Shown piece by piece: positions 30,744 to 40,360 of a stretch of DNA of 64,000 nucleotides. This DNA is from Firmicutes bacterium CAG:145 (GTDB lineage Bacteria > Bacillota > Clostridia > Peptostreptococcales > Anaerovoracaceae), in NCBI GenBank assembly GCA_000435715.1, contig FR882601.1, forward strand, positions 28,477 through 92,476, in the 5' to 3' direction. The position numbers were made by a program, and so were the translations under genes. Below the pieces are notes generated by a model. That model did no database searches. It had not been told where the DNA came from and saw only the letters and a program-made list of their open reading frames with translations. The number at the start of each line of letters is the position of its first letter. Position 1 is the stretch's first letter.

Positions 30744-31550
30744 GTGGATATACTCAAGATTATTTGCAATGAACATTTATTATACAGAAAACAGATTGTG
30801 AGGTTGGCAAAATCTGATTTAGTAAAAACATACAGAGGCTCTGCCCTTGGATGGTCGTGGGCCTTCATAAAGCCCATGGTAACCATATTCGTTTACTGGT
30901 TCGCCTTTAGTTATGGGATAAGAACAGGCGGAGATGTGGACGGATATCCGTTTTTTTTATGGCTTATAGCAGGCTTTGTCCCATGGTTCTATATGAGCGA
31001 GATGATAACTCAGGGAGCGGGGTGCATGCGAAGCAACAGACATCTTATCACGAAGATGAAGTTTCCCGTTTCTGTAATTCCAACCTTCACAAGTTTATCA
31101 AAACTGACGGTACATCTTATCCTTATGGCGGTAACCATCGTTATCTTCATCGCTTTTGGGTATATGCCGGATAAATATTTTATTCAATTGCCGCTCTATA
31201 TGCTTATGATGTTTACTTTTTTTACATTTTGGGGGCTTTTTGCAGGAATGCTATCGGCGATAAGCAAGGATTTTCTCAATCTGGTAAAGTCTTTTACTAC
31301 GGCGATATTCTGGATGTCGGGAATTATATATAACGTAAACAATATAGAAACGCAGTGGATAAGGACTTTGTTGCAGTTCAATCCAGTGACTATAATAGCC
31401 AGCGGATACAGGCATGTACTTACCGACAAGACATGGTTCTTTGAAGAACCGGTGGAACTCAGAAACTATCTGATAATACTAGCAGTCATGGTTTTGCTTT
31501 CGGCATGGGCCTACAAAAAGCTTCACAAGGATATGGCTGATGTATTGTAG
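30744..31550 (+). CDS. tagG: ABC-2 type polymer export permease (TagG/Wzm-like).
   Basis: Six-TM ABC-2 permease. The ORF is open from 30723. Start taken as the GTG at 30744, 9 nt after GGAG. Confidence 0.8.
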   Translation: MDILKIICNEHLLYRKQIVRLAKSDLVKTYRGSALGWSWAFIKPMVTIFVYWFAFSYGIRTGGDVDGYPFFLWLIAGFVPWFYMSEMITQGAGCMRSNRHLITKMKFPVSVIPTFTSLSKLTVHLILMAVTIVIFIAFGYMPDKYFIQLPLYMLMMFTFFTFWGLFAGMLSAISKDFLNLVKSFTTAIFWMSGIIYNVNNIETQWIRTLLQFNPVTIIASGYRHVLTDKTWFFEEPVELRNYLIILAVMVLLSAWAYKKLHKDMADVL

Positions 31551-31561
31551 AAAGGCTACAT

Positions 31562-32287
31562 ATGGAAGAAGCAGTTATTATATTTGATAATGTGACGAAG
31601 ATATACAAACTTTACAGAAACGATAGAGAACGCTTCATGAGCTTGTTCTCTAAAAAGAAGAAATATAAGGAGAAAAAGGCAGCTGACAACATTTCTTTTA
31701 CTGTAAATAAAGGGGAGAGCGTGGCGCTGCTGGGCAAAAACGGAGCAGGCAAATCTACCATAATGAAGATGATAACAGAAGTCACTTTTCCTACAGAGGG
31801 TAAGATCACTGTAAACGGGCGAGTCAGCGCGTTGCTGGAGCTTACGGCGGGATTTGACGGAGAGTTTACAGGGAGAGAAAACATTTACCTCAAGTGCAAC
31901 ATAATGGGCATGAATGATAAGCAGATAAGAGAGGTAGAGGAAACAATCATAGAATTTGCTGAACTTGGAGACTATATCGACCAGCCCGTCAGGACTTATT
32001 CCAGCGGAATGAAGGCGAGGCTTGGATTTTCGATAAATGTGAATGTGGAGCCGGAAATCCTGATAGTGGATGAGGCTCTCAGCGTAGGAGATAAAACATT
32101 TCAAAAAAAATGCATCACAAAGATAAGAAAAATAATGGCCGGCGGCAAAGTAACATTTTTATTTGTAACACATTCTACCGCTGCTGCAAAAGAATTTTGC
32201 CGAAGAGGAATCGTTTTGGATAAGGGAAAGATCATTTTAGACGGGGAGATAGAAGAAGCCATAGGGTTTTATGAGAGGCAAAAATGA
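31562..32287 (+). CDS. tagH: Polymer-export ABC transporter ATP-binding protein (TagH/Wzt-like).
   Basis: Walker A GKNGAGKST, signature YSSGMKARLGF, Walker B ILIVDEALSVGD. Confidence 0.85.
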   Translation: MEEAVIIFDNVTKIYKLYRNDRERFMSLFSKKKKYKEKKAADNISFTVNKGESVALLGKNGAGKSTIMKMITEVTFPTEGKITVNGRVSALLELTAGFDGEFTGRENIYLKCNIMGMNDKQIREVEETIIEFAELGDYIDQPVRTYSSGMKARLGFSINVNVEPEILIVDEALSVGDKTFQKKCITKIRKIMAGGKVTFLFVTHSTAAAKEFCRRGIVLDKGKIILDGEIEEAIGFYERQK

Positions 32288-33426
32288 AGCGAATAATAAT
32301 CGGAGCGCTGTTAGCACTGCTTAAAGCGTTGCTAAGCCTGCTCTATAGCATTTTGAAAATTTTTCCTGTTCAAGGGAAAAAAGTGGTTTTTTGCAGCCGT
32401 CAGTCCAATGAAATACCGCTGGATTTTATATTGCTTCAGAATAGTTTAAAAGAAAAAGATGAGGAGATCAGATGTATCAATATGTGCAGGCATATAGGAT
32501 ACAATTTTCTTGATTACCTTAAGTTTTCGATAGTCATGCTTAAGAGCATGTATCATTTAGCCACAAGCAAGGTGTGCGTGCTGGATTCATATTGGCCGCC
32601 CGTAAGCCTTCTAAAGCATAAGAAGGAGCTGGCGGTAATACAGATGTGGCACGCTATAGGCAAGATAAAACAGTCAGGATTGCAGTCAGTCGGTAAAAAA
32701 TCAGGTAGAAAAGCCGAATATGCAGACTTTTTTAATATGCATAAAAACTATGAGTATATCATCGCAGGTTCAAAATCGTGGAATAAATTTTATTGTCAGT
32801 CTTTTGGAACTACTGAAGATAAAATACTCAATTACGGACTGCCGAGAATAGATTATCTTATACAAAATGAAAAGAAAAACAGGGATAAGTTTTTTGAAGA
32901 ACATCCGCAGGCGCGCGGAAAGAAGGTAGTTCTGTATGCGCCTACCTTCAGAAGAAATATGCAGTCGCGTTGGTTTGATATTTCGAAAGCCGCAGGGCAT
33001 CAAAATCTCGTTATAATCGTGAAAAATCATCCGGGACAGCATGATCAGTACAGGATAGACGATGATAATTTTATATATGCCGATAATTGGAAGACTCTGG
33101 ACTTGCTATGCGCATGCGACTATCTCATAACAGATTATTCCGCCATAGCTCTGGAAGCAGCCGCTTTGAATAAGCCGACTTATTACTGGATATATGATTA
33201 TGAAGAATATCTTTTAAACAATGGCCTCAATATAGATTTAAAAAAGGAACTTGCCCCATATGCGTTTGAGGACATAAATATAATTACTGATAAAATATTA
33301 AAAGAAAAATATACATATGATAAATATAATGAATATAGGGCTAAATATCTATTTGACAATATCGGACAGTCTACCTTGAAAATATGTACGCTTATCATCA
33401 GTTTACTGGGGGAAGAGAAAAAATGA
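32284..33426 (+). CDS. CDP-glycerol/CDP-alcohol glycerophosphotransferase of the TagB/TagF family.
   Basis: The TagF-family motifs LYAPTFR, LITDYSAIALEAA and KPTYYWIYD are present. 380 aa. Confidence 0.8.
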   Translation: MKRIIIGALLALLKALLSLLYSILKIFPVQGKKVVFCSRQSNEIPLDFILLQNSLKEKDEEIRCINMCRHIGYNFLDYLKFSIVMLKSMYHLATSKVCVLDSYWPPVSLLKHKKELAVIQMWHAIGKIKQSGLQSVGKKSGRKAEYADFFNMHKNYEYIIAGSKSWNKFYCQSFGTTEDKILNYGLPRIDYLIQNEKKNRDKFFEEHPQARGKKVVLYAPTFRRNMQSRWFDISKAAGHQNLVIIVKNHPGQHDQYRIDDDNFIYADNWKTLDLLCACDYLITDYSAIALEAAALNKPTYYWIYDYEEYLLNNGLNIDLKKELAPYAFEDINIITDKILKEKYTYDKYNEYRAKYLFDNIGQSTLKICTLIISLLGEEKK

Positions 33427-34451
33427 TTCGATGGAAAATAAAACTTTGTCTACAGTTTTTTTATTATGTATTGTTTAGCAAAGGAAACTTTAAATTAGGA
33501 TGGATAAAACGCTTAAATATAGCGTTCAATGGAGGTTTTACAGCAAACCAGTTCTATATATTCAATCTCAAAGAAAATAACAAGGGCGAGTACCTTTCAG
33601 AGTATGACTGGTTTAAATCGAGGCGTCTAAATAAACCTTATGATTATATATTAAACGATAAATTCTTATTCAATGAAATAGCAAAACAATATGTAGCTGT
33701 ACCTGAAATATATGCCGTAAAGAAATACAGTAGAATTGAAAACCGATTAGGTGACAATTCTGTGGAAGATATATTAGATTTAATAAAAGAAAAGAAAGAT
33801 GTCATGTTAAAGCCGCTTTCTTCCGGCAAGGGTAATGGTGTGTCGCACATACGATTTTCCAATGAAGATGGCATGTACATTGACGGCAGATTTTCAAATG
33901 ATGGTGAGGTTATATCTACATTGACTGAGCAGAAGAACTGGATTGTTACGGAGAGGCTCAAACAGGCCGATTACTCAAAAAACATATATCCCGGCTGTCT
34001 GAATACCATCAGAATTTTAGTGATAAAAGACTACGAGAGCGGACTATTTAAAATAATCAATGCTGTTCACAGATTTGGAACATCTGCTACAGGAGCAGTT
34101 GACAATGCCAGCCGCGGCGGGATTGTTTCTCAGATTGATATCGGTACGGGAATGCTGACAGAAGCCTTAAGCATTAAAAATCTTAACATTTATTATTTTC
34201 ACCCCGATACTAACGTGAAAATAAAAGGGACTTCCGTACCCGACTGGGAGAATATCAAGGAAGAGATTATTGAGCTGTCAGAACGGTTTTTCTATCTGAA
34301 AATGATAGCCTGGGACATAGCGGTTACTTCCGAGGGTCTGTTTGTAATAGAGGCCAATTCATCCTCAGGCGTGAATATTCTTCAGCTTTGGGAAGGTCAG
34401 AGAAATAAAGAACTGGGAGAATTTTTAAAGCACCACAAAATAATAAGGTGA
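33423..34451 (+). CDS. Sugar-transfer-associated ATP-grasp (ATPgrasp_ST) amidoligase, single domain.
   Basis: The ORF is open from 33384. Start taken at the ATGA overlap with the tagF-like stop. Motif IRILVIKDYESG ... RFGTSATGAVDNASRGGI ... FVIEANSSSG, with the Gly-rich segment at about 34071-34121. Confidence 0.65.
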   Translation: MIRWKIKLCLQFFYYVLFSKGNFKLGWIKRLNIAFNGGFTANQFYIFNLKENNKGEYLSEYDWFKSRRLNKPYDYILNDKFLFNEIAKQYVAVPEIYAVKKYSRIENRLGDNSVEDILDLIKEKKDVMLKPLSSGKGNGVSHIRFSNEDGMYIDGRFSNDGEVISTLTEQKNWIVTERLKQADYSKNIYPGCLNTIRILVIKDYESGLFKIINAVHRFGTSATGAVDNASRGGIVSQIDIGTGMLTEALSIKNLNIYYFHPDTNVKIKGTSVPDWENIKEEIIELSERFFYLKMIAWDIAVTSEGLFVIEANSSSGVNILQLWEGQRNKELGEFLKHHKIIR

Positions 34452-35071
34452 ATTTTATGAAATACATAATTATGGCTGATGGTGAAGGAAAACGCTGGAA
34501 AAATTATAACGGTCTACCCAAGCACCTAATCCCTGTAGACGGAGAACCAATCATTAAACGCACTATAAACCAAATAAGGAGTATAGATAGTCGTGGAGAC
34601 ATAATAATAACATCACATAATGAGTCATATGAGTTTGAAGGAGCAAAAAGATATGCGCCTGAGAACAATAATCTCGAAATAGACAGATTTACCGAAGAGC
34701 TTATAGAAGATAATATATGCTTTCTTTACGGAGATACATATTATACAGACAGATGCCTCCGCCGTATATCGGAAGAAGACTGTGGAGTTATCAGCTTTTT
34801 CGGCAACGAAAAAAGTATCGTAGCGGTAAAGATACGCTGCGGTGAGGAATTCAGAAAGCATAAAAATATAGTTAGAAACCTGTATATTCGAGGGAAAATT
34901 GACAATTGCATAGGATGGCAGGTATATCAGTCTTGTGCAGGTCTTGAAATAGGTAACGATAAAAAAATAGGGAAGTTTTTTATAAATATTTCTCAGGAGA
35001 CATTTGATATAAACACGCCTGAAGATTACATAAAGTCTTTTGGCAACATAGGAAGGCGAAATGAATATTAA
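34448..35071 (+). CDS. Nucleotidyltransferase of the LicC/IspD-like NTP_transferase fold. Probably activates a CDP/NDP-alcohol precursor.
   Basis: IIMADGEGKRWKNYNGLPKHLIPVDGEPII. This G-x-G-x-R-x(n)-PK nucleotide-binding signature resembles LicC/IspD. 207 aa. Confidence 0.55.
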   Translation: MNFMKYIIMADGEGKRWKNYNGLPKHLIPVDGEPIIKRTINQIRSIDSRGDIIITSHNESYEFEGAKRYAPENNNLEIDRFTEELIEDNICFLYGDTYYTDRCLRRISEEDCGVISFFGNEKSIVAVKIRCGEEFRKHKNIVRNLYIRGKIDNCIGWQVYQSCAGLEIGNDKKIGKFFINISQETFDINTPEDYIKSFGNIGRRNEY

Positions 35072-37292
35072 AAGAAAAATTAAAAGAATCAGAAGAATAA
35101 AGAATATCTTAAAGATAATCATCGTCTATAGATTGAAAGGCTATCCATATTATATCGCCAAATCGTGGGGAAGAAAGGTTCATAGGGATCTGATATCTGA
35201 TAACGGAAGAACTAAAAAAGAAAAGAGATGGGCTCATAGAAGAGGATTTCTTTCATATAGCATTAAAAAATATGGCCTGACAGAAGATAATTACAAAGAG
35301 TTTTTTTCTGATTTTCAATATACCTTGTTAGCACCTATAAACAATGCATATAAGAAGTGGCTCTCAGACAGGCTTACTCCTTGTTATATTTTGAAGGGGT
35401 ATGAGGAATATCTGCCCAATCTATATTGCAATATCATACGAAGAAACGGCGGACAGATTTATATACCGCTTAATAAGGACAGGCCTTTGGACGGTATAGA
35501 CGACCTTTTGAATCTTGTAAAAGAGAAGGGTGAAGTCTTACTCCTACCTTCAGAAAACAATTACATAAAGGCATCGTATGATATTAAATACGACGATGGG
35601 AAACTTAAAGTAAATAATGAGGATATAGCAGAGGAACAGCTGAAGAAACTGATAACCGGTTTAAGGAGATATTATGTGCTGAGGGAGAGGGTTGAAAACT
35701 GCCGTGACATAAAAGAATTATTTGCCGGTTCAGAGATGGAATTCGTATTTATCCTTTCTAACGATGAATCGGCGAAAACACGAATACTGTGTTCTTATGC
35801 CCGTTCCGAAAGACCGTATAGCTTTGGACTTGATATAAGCGCGAGAGTAAAAGAACAACCGATGCAGGTGATAATAGACAAGGAAAACGGAACTTTCAAA
35901 TACGAAAAATCAGAGGAACAAATAGAAGGACAAGTTCCACTATGGAAAGAAATGTGCTCGCTATCTGAACAAATCGGGAACCATATCTCGGAAATAGAGT
36001 ACATGTCAATAGTTTTTAAGGTTTCACAGGAAGGCCTTAAGATAGTTGGATACCATGATATGCCTACGATGCCCAAGGGGATTTCGCCTGAAAACGAACT
36101 CAATTTATATCTTAAGAAGAGAGCTGAAGACAAGGCGCAACGGATTTGCTTCGGCGGCATAAAAACTAAAGGAAAAATTAAGAGAAGGGCAATCAGATTT
36201 CTGAAAAGGCATTATTTCAGGAAAGGGTTCAGAGAATACATGCTTGCGTCATGGTTGAACTTGGTAAAAGACGATTTTCTCAATACAAAGAGCACTACAC
36301 TGAAAGAAAAATTATGGGCATGGAAAAGAGGGTTTACATCCTACAGAATACAGCAGTATAGTCTGACAGAAAAAAATTGCAGGCAGATTCTCTCTGATTA
36401 TGATTATGCCTGGCTTAACAGGATAAACAACGGGTACCAAAAGTGGATAAATGATAAGACCACGATGAGATATGTGCTTGATGAAGCAAAAGAGTACATG
36501 GCCGGCTATTATTTTTTCATAAGTAAAAAGAACGGAAAGCTGTTCATTAAAAAATTGCAGGACTGTCCGGAGCATATCGGCAGGGCAGACTCCGACGGAA
36601 TTCTGCAGCTCCTCAGAGAAAAAGAGAAACTTGTAATGAAACCCAACGCCGGAACTCACGGAGACGGCTTTTATAAGCTGGAATACACAGATGAAGCCTT
36701 TTTCGTAAATGAGAAAGAATCTTCGGCAGACAGGATAAAAGAACTCATATCGTCTCAGAAAAGCTCTTATGTGATAACGGAATACATAGAAATGCACCGA
36801 GACCTTAAGAAAATATACCCCGGTTCCGTAAACACCATAAGAATGATGGTCATAAACAAAACCTGCTTTGAGCCCAAGATAGTTCAGACATATATGAGAA
36901 TCGGAAGTTCGAAGACCGGCGTCACGGATAACATAGCCTATGGCGGCTTGGCGGCATATGTGGATAAGGACAGCGGATATTATGACAGAGCTGCCTTGCT
37001 TTCAGATCACAGGTATATCAGCATGGATCATCATCCCGATACGGGAACTTTGCTCGAAGGCTATCTGCCAAATTGGGAAACGGTGAAAAAAGGTGTATAT
37101 GACATTTCTATGATGATTCCTCAGCTTGAATACCTCGGCTTCGATATAGCTATAACTGAAGACGGTTTTAAGATACTTGAAATAAATATACATCAGGATA
37201 TACATAAAGCCCACGAATTCACTGAAGAAATAAACCGATTTTTTTCCGAAAAGATACAGTATAAAAAAGAGTTGTTTAATCTGACAAAATAA
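35061..37292 (+). CDS. Tandem ATPgrasp_ST protein. It has a degenerate N-terminal ATP-grasp-like domain plus a C-terminal domain that keeps the catalytic Gly-rich motif.
   Basis: 743 aa. An internal repeat is present (KKEKRWAHRRGFLSYSIKKYGLTEDNY ... and KEKLWAWKRGFTSYRIQQYSLTEKNC ...). The C-domain carries IRMMVINK ... RIGSSKTGVTDNIAYGG ... LEINIHQD. Confidence 0.65.
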   Translation: MNIKRKIKRIRRIKNILKIIIVYRLKGYPYYIAKSWGRKVHRDLISDNGRTKKEKRWAHRRGFLSYSIKKYGLTEDNYKEFFSDFQYTLLAPINNAYKKWLSDRLTPCYILKGYEEYLPNLYCNIIRRNGGQIYIPLNKDRPLDGIDDLLNLVKEKGEVLLLPSENNYIKASYDIKYDDGKLKVNNEDIAEEQLKKLITGLRRYYVLRERVENCRDIKELFAGSEMEFVFILSNDESAKTRILCSYARSERPYSFGLDISARVKEQPMQVIIDKENGTFKYEKSEEQIEGQVPLWKEMCSLSEQIGNHISEIEYMSIVFKVSQEGLKIVGYHDMPTMPKGISPENELNLYLKKRAEDKAQRICFGGIKTKGKIKRRAIRFLKRHYFRKGFREYMLASWLNLVKDDFLNTKSTTLKEKLWAWKRGFTSYRIQQYSLTEKNCRQILSDYDYAWLNRINNGYQKWINDKTTMRYVLDEAKEYMAGYYFFISKKNGKLFIKKLQDCPEHIGRADSDGILQLLREKEKLVMKPNAGTHGDGFYKLEYTDEAFFVNEKESSADRIKELISSQKSSYVITEYIEMHRDLKKIYPGSVNTIRMMVINKTCFEPKIVQTYMRIGSSKTGVTDNIAYGGLAAYVDKDSGYYDRAALLSDHRYISMDHHPDTGTLLEGYLPNWETVKKGVYDISMMIPQLEYLGFDIAITEDGFKILEINIHQDIHKAHEFTEEINRFFSEKIQYKKELFNLTK

Positions 37293-37311
37293 AAAGAAAG
37301 TGGTGAAAAGT

Positions 37312-38388
37312 ATGAAAATTTCTATTTTAGGAGCAGGAAATTCAGGATGCACTATTGCAGCGGATTTGACGCTGAAAGGCCATGAAGTCACTTTGATAAA
37401 GACTTCAAAAGCGATGCACAACGACAACTATAAGTTCATGACACAGAATAATAATGAGCTTACCGTATGGGAAGACGGAAACACCGTAAAAGTGAATATC
37501 GCCGAAGTTACTGACGATTTGTCAAAAATCGCCGGAGCCGAAATAGTAATGATATTTACTCAGACCAATTATCATGAGCAGTTGATAAAGAGAGCGGCAA
37601 AGTATTTTGAAGACGGGCAGACGATAATAATAAACCCGGGTTATTTATCTACGGCATTTATATTAAAGCATTGCGGCGACAAGGATCTCACCGTTGTCGA
37701 GGCGACCAGCTCCTTCATAGATTGCAGAATAACGGAACCGGGATATATAAAGGTCGGCTTCAGAAATGTGAGAAATCCTATCGGAGTATATCCGCATAAG
37801 AATCAAGAGATTACGAGAGAAAAGCTCGAGAGCCTGGGCTATAACTTTCACTACTTTTCTATACCTGAAATCGCTCTGCACAACCCTAACCTTATAGTAC
37901 ATACGGTGGGAGCCGTTATGAGCATACCCAGGATAGAGAAGACCAACGGGGATTACTGCATGTATTGGGAAGTCTGGACGCCAAGCGTCTGGAACATATT
38001 GGAGAAGCTGGATTCAGAAAAAATGGACATATTAGAGAAGCTGGGATACGAGAGGCTGGCTTATGTGGACGCATGCAAATTTAGAAATACCCTTGAAGAC
38101 GACCGGGACGGAAAAGAAATATTCATGTGGTACGCCAACATGCCGACGAGAGCCAAAGGACCGGTAAAAGTAGATTCCAGATATATTTCAGAGGATATAC
38201 CTCAGGGGCTTGTGATGCTTGAGACTCTTGGTGAAAAGCTGAATGTAGATACACCGGTATGTACATCTCTTATCGAGATGGCCTCAGCGGCTTTGGGACG
38301 TGATCTCAGAGCAGAAGGAAGAACTATAGACATACTCGGAGAAGATAATATATCTACGATTTTATCAGATATAAGAGAAAATGAGTAA
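37312..38388 (+). CDS. Opine dehydrogenase family protein (octopine/nopaline-DH-like NAD(P) oxidoreductase).
   Basis: MKISILGAGNSGCTIAADL is a Rossmann motif. The fold has the N-terminal G3P-DH/ApbA-like domain plus the Octopine_DH helical domain. The ORF is open from a GTG at 37300. Confidence 0.55.
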   Translation: MKISILGAGNSGCTIAADLTLKGHEVTLIKTSKAMHNDNYKFMTQNNNELTVWEDGNTVKVNIAEVTDDLSKIAGAEIVMIFTQTNYHEQLIKRAAKYFEDGQTIIINPGYLSTAFILKHCGDKDLTVVEATSSFIDCRITEPGYIKVGFRNVRNPIGVYPHKNQEITREKLESLGYNFHYFSIPEIALHNPNLIVHTVGAVMSIPRIEKTNGDYCMYWEVWTPSVWNILEKLDSEKMDILEKLGYERLAYVDACKFRNTLEDDRDGKEIFMWYANMPTRAKGPVKVDSRYISEDIPQGLVMLETLGEKLNVDTPVCTSLIEMASAALGRDLRAEGRTIDILGEDNISTILSDIRENE

Positions 38389-40360
38389 ATTCCTGAGATG
38401 CTTAAAAAGATATGGACTTATTTACAGAGGGTTTTCGGATATGGCCGCGCGCCTGCTGATTGAAGACAAGTCAACGGGCCAGCGGTATAAAAGAAATCTG
38501 AAACTATACAGAGACTATCTTTTTATATATCCCGTCATGGGAAAATATAATAAGCTTGCCGATAACTTGCTCACCCTTAAATATATTTTTAGCGACGACG
38601 ACCGTCTTCCGGATGTATATTTTCAGGTGCTCAGGAGAAACGGGGTAAGGGAGACAGTGGCTCTGAGAGACGCCGCCAAATACGGAGACGATATAGGCGT
38701 GGCTGACCTACTGCGGCTCAAAGGCTCCCTTCTTCTCATGCCTTCGGACCTTTCCTGCGGTAAAAGAGACGTTTTAAAGTATTCTGAAAAAGAGTTTTTC
38801 GTGAATGATACCCGCGTTTCTGAAGAAGAACTTTATGATTTTGCCTGCGGGGCCGAGGATTTTTCTATAGTGACGGAAAACTTTGCAGGAATCGGAGAAG
38901 AAAGCGGCGAGGAAGCCCGTGAGTTTACATATATAGTAAAAAACCTTGACGGATATTCTCCTGAAATAATCGGCTGTTATTTAAAAAAATCTTTCGGCGG
39001 CGCGGTTTCAGAGCCGAGGGAGGACATCTGCGGCTACGTTAAAGATGTTGCGCTGCGCTTAAAAGAGCTGGAACTTTTCGGCATTAAAATAATAGCGCAG
39101 GGAAACGACTTTAAAGCGGCGGGCATAAGTTCGCTTCCTATCGTTCCCGGCAGTCTTTTTGAAGTTGCTGAATTTTCCGACTTCATCACGGAGAAGACTC
39201 GGCAGAAAAGACGGAGTCTTCACCTTAAGAGGCAGCTTTTTCTTTTAGCAAAGGCCGTGTATTCTGATATAGCGGAAAAACGGGGCTATATGGGATTTAT
39301 GATGAAGAATTGGCAGAGAGATTTATTTGAAGATTGGAAATTCAGAGGAACTACCATAAGAGAGAAGCTGTGGAGCCATAAGCGAGGTTTTTTCTCCTAC
39401 AGGATAAGACAGTACGGGCTGACGAACGAAAATTACAGGAATTTTTTGCCGGACAGGACTTATCGAAAGCTGAGACCCATAAACAACGGCTTTGTTTCAT
39501 GGGTTTATGATAAAGTCATCACCAGATACGTACTGGAAGGAAAGAAGGAGTATCTGCCTAAGTATTACTATCATTTGATACGCGGCGGAAAAGACCTGAA
39601 GATACTCGCTCTTCCGGATTGTAAAGACGGCAGTAAGCACGACGCTGGAGACATTATTGGGCTGCTGAAAAAAGAAAGAAAGCTGGCCTTAAAACCCAGC
39701 GAAGGCTCCCACGGAGAAGGCTTCTTTAAGTTGGAGTACAGAGACGGCAGAATTTGCGTGAATGACGAGGAAATGGAAGAAGAAACCTTCATAGATTTTC
39801 TGAGGACCAGAAAGATTCCTTATAATATAACGGAATATTTGGAGAACAACAGAGCCCTCAGCGAATTTTACAAAGACACCACTTTTACCATAAGAATAAT
39901 GGTCATAAACGACAAGATTACCTCCCCGCAGATAGCCAACGCTTACTTGAGAATCGCCACTAAAAAAACGGGAAATACCGACAACATAGGAAGCGGGGGA
40001 GTCTGCGCCAGAATAAATTTGGAAACGGGGGAAATATTCGAGCCCGAAAAGATAGAAAATCACATCATAACGCCGTGTCCCGTTCATCCCGACACGGGAG
40101 CCATTATTAGGGGAGTCATACCTAATTGGCGGGAGATAAAGGAGGGCGTTAAAGATGTGAGCAGATATATATGCCAGCTTGAATATATGGGCTTCGACGT
40201 TGTGGCCACCGAGGATTCTTTCAAAATATTGGAGATAAATACTCATCAGGACCTGCACAGATATCATCATTACGGCAGCGAGGTCCACCGATATTTCATG
40301 GAAAAAGTTGACGAGCGTTTGTCAAAGAGAGGAAGGGATAACCATGATTTTCAGGAATAA
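38381..40360 (+). CDS. Tandem ATPgrasp_ST protein, with a degenerate N-domain and an intact C-terminal amidoligase domain.
   Basis: 659 aa. The N-half is homologous to the N-half of the 35061 protein (LLLMPSDLSCGKRDVLKY compared with LLLPSENNYIKASYDIKY). The C-half carries IRIMVIND ... RIATKKTGNTDNIGSGG ... LEINTHQD. Confidence 0.6.
   Translation: MSKFLRCLKRYGLIYRGFSDMAARLLIEDKSTGQRYKRNLKLYRDYLFIYPVMGKYNKLADNLLTLKYIFSDDDRLPDVYFQVLRRNGVRETVALRDAAKYGDDIGVADLLRLKGSLLLMPSDLSCGKRDVLKYSEKEFFVNDTRVSEEELYDFACGAEDFSIVTENFAGIGEESGEEAREFTYIVKNLDGYSPEIIGCYLKKSFGGAVSEPREDICGYVKDVALRLKELELFGIKIIAQGNDFKAAGISSLPIVPGSLFEVAEFSDFITEKTRQKRRSLHLKRQLFLLAKAVYSDIAEKRGYMGFMMKNWQRDLFEDWKFRGTTIREKLWSHKRGFFSYRIRQYGLTNENYRNFLPDRTYRKLRPINNGFVSWVYDKVITRYVLEGKKEYLPKYYYHLIRGGKDLKILALPDCKDGSKHDAGDIIGLLKKERKLALKPSEGSHGEGFFKLEYRDGRICVNDEEMEEETFIDFLRTRKIPYNITEYLENNRALSEFYKDTTFTIRIMVINDKITSPQIANAYLRIATKKTGNTDNIGSGGVCARINLETGEIFEPEKIENHIITPCPVHPDTGAIIRGVIPNWREIKEGVKDVSRYICQLEYMGFDVVATEDSFKILEINTHQDLHRYHHYGSEVHRYFMEKVDERLSKRGRDNHDFQE

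Noticed and set aside
30744-33426. Considered annotating 30.7-33.4 kb as a canonical wall teichoic acid (tag/tar) locus.
   Set aside because: TagO, TagA and TagD homologues are absent. The operon instead carries ATP-grasp, Mur-ligase and opine-DH genes. So only the export and polymerase parts are teichoic-acid-like.
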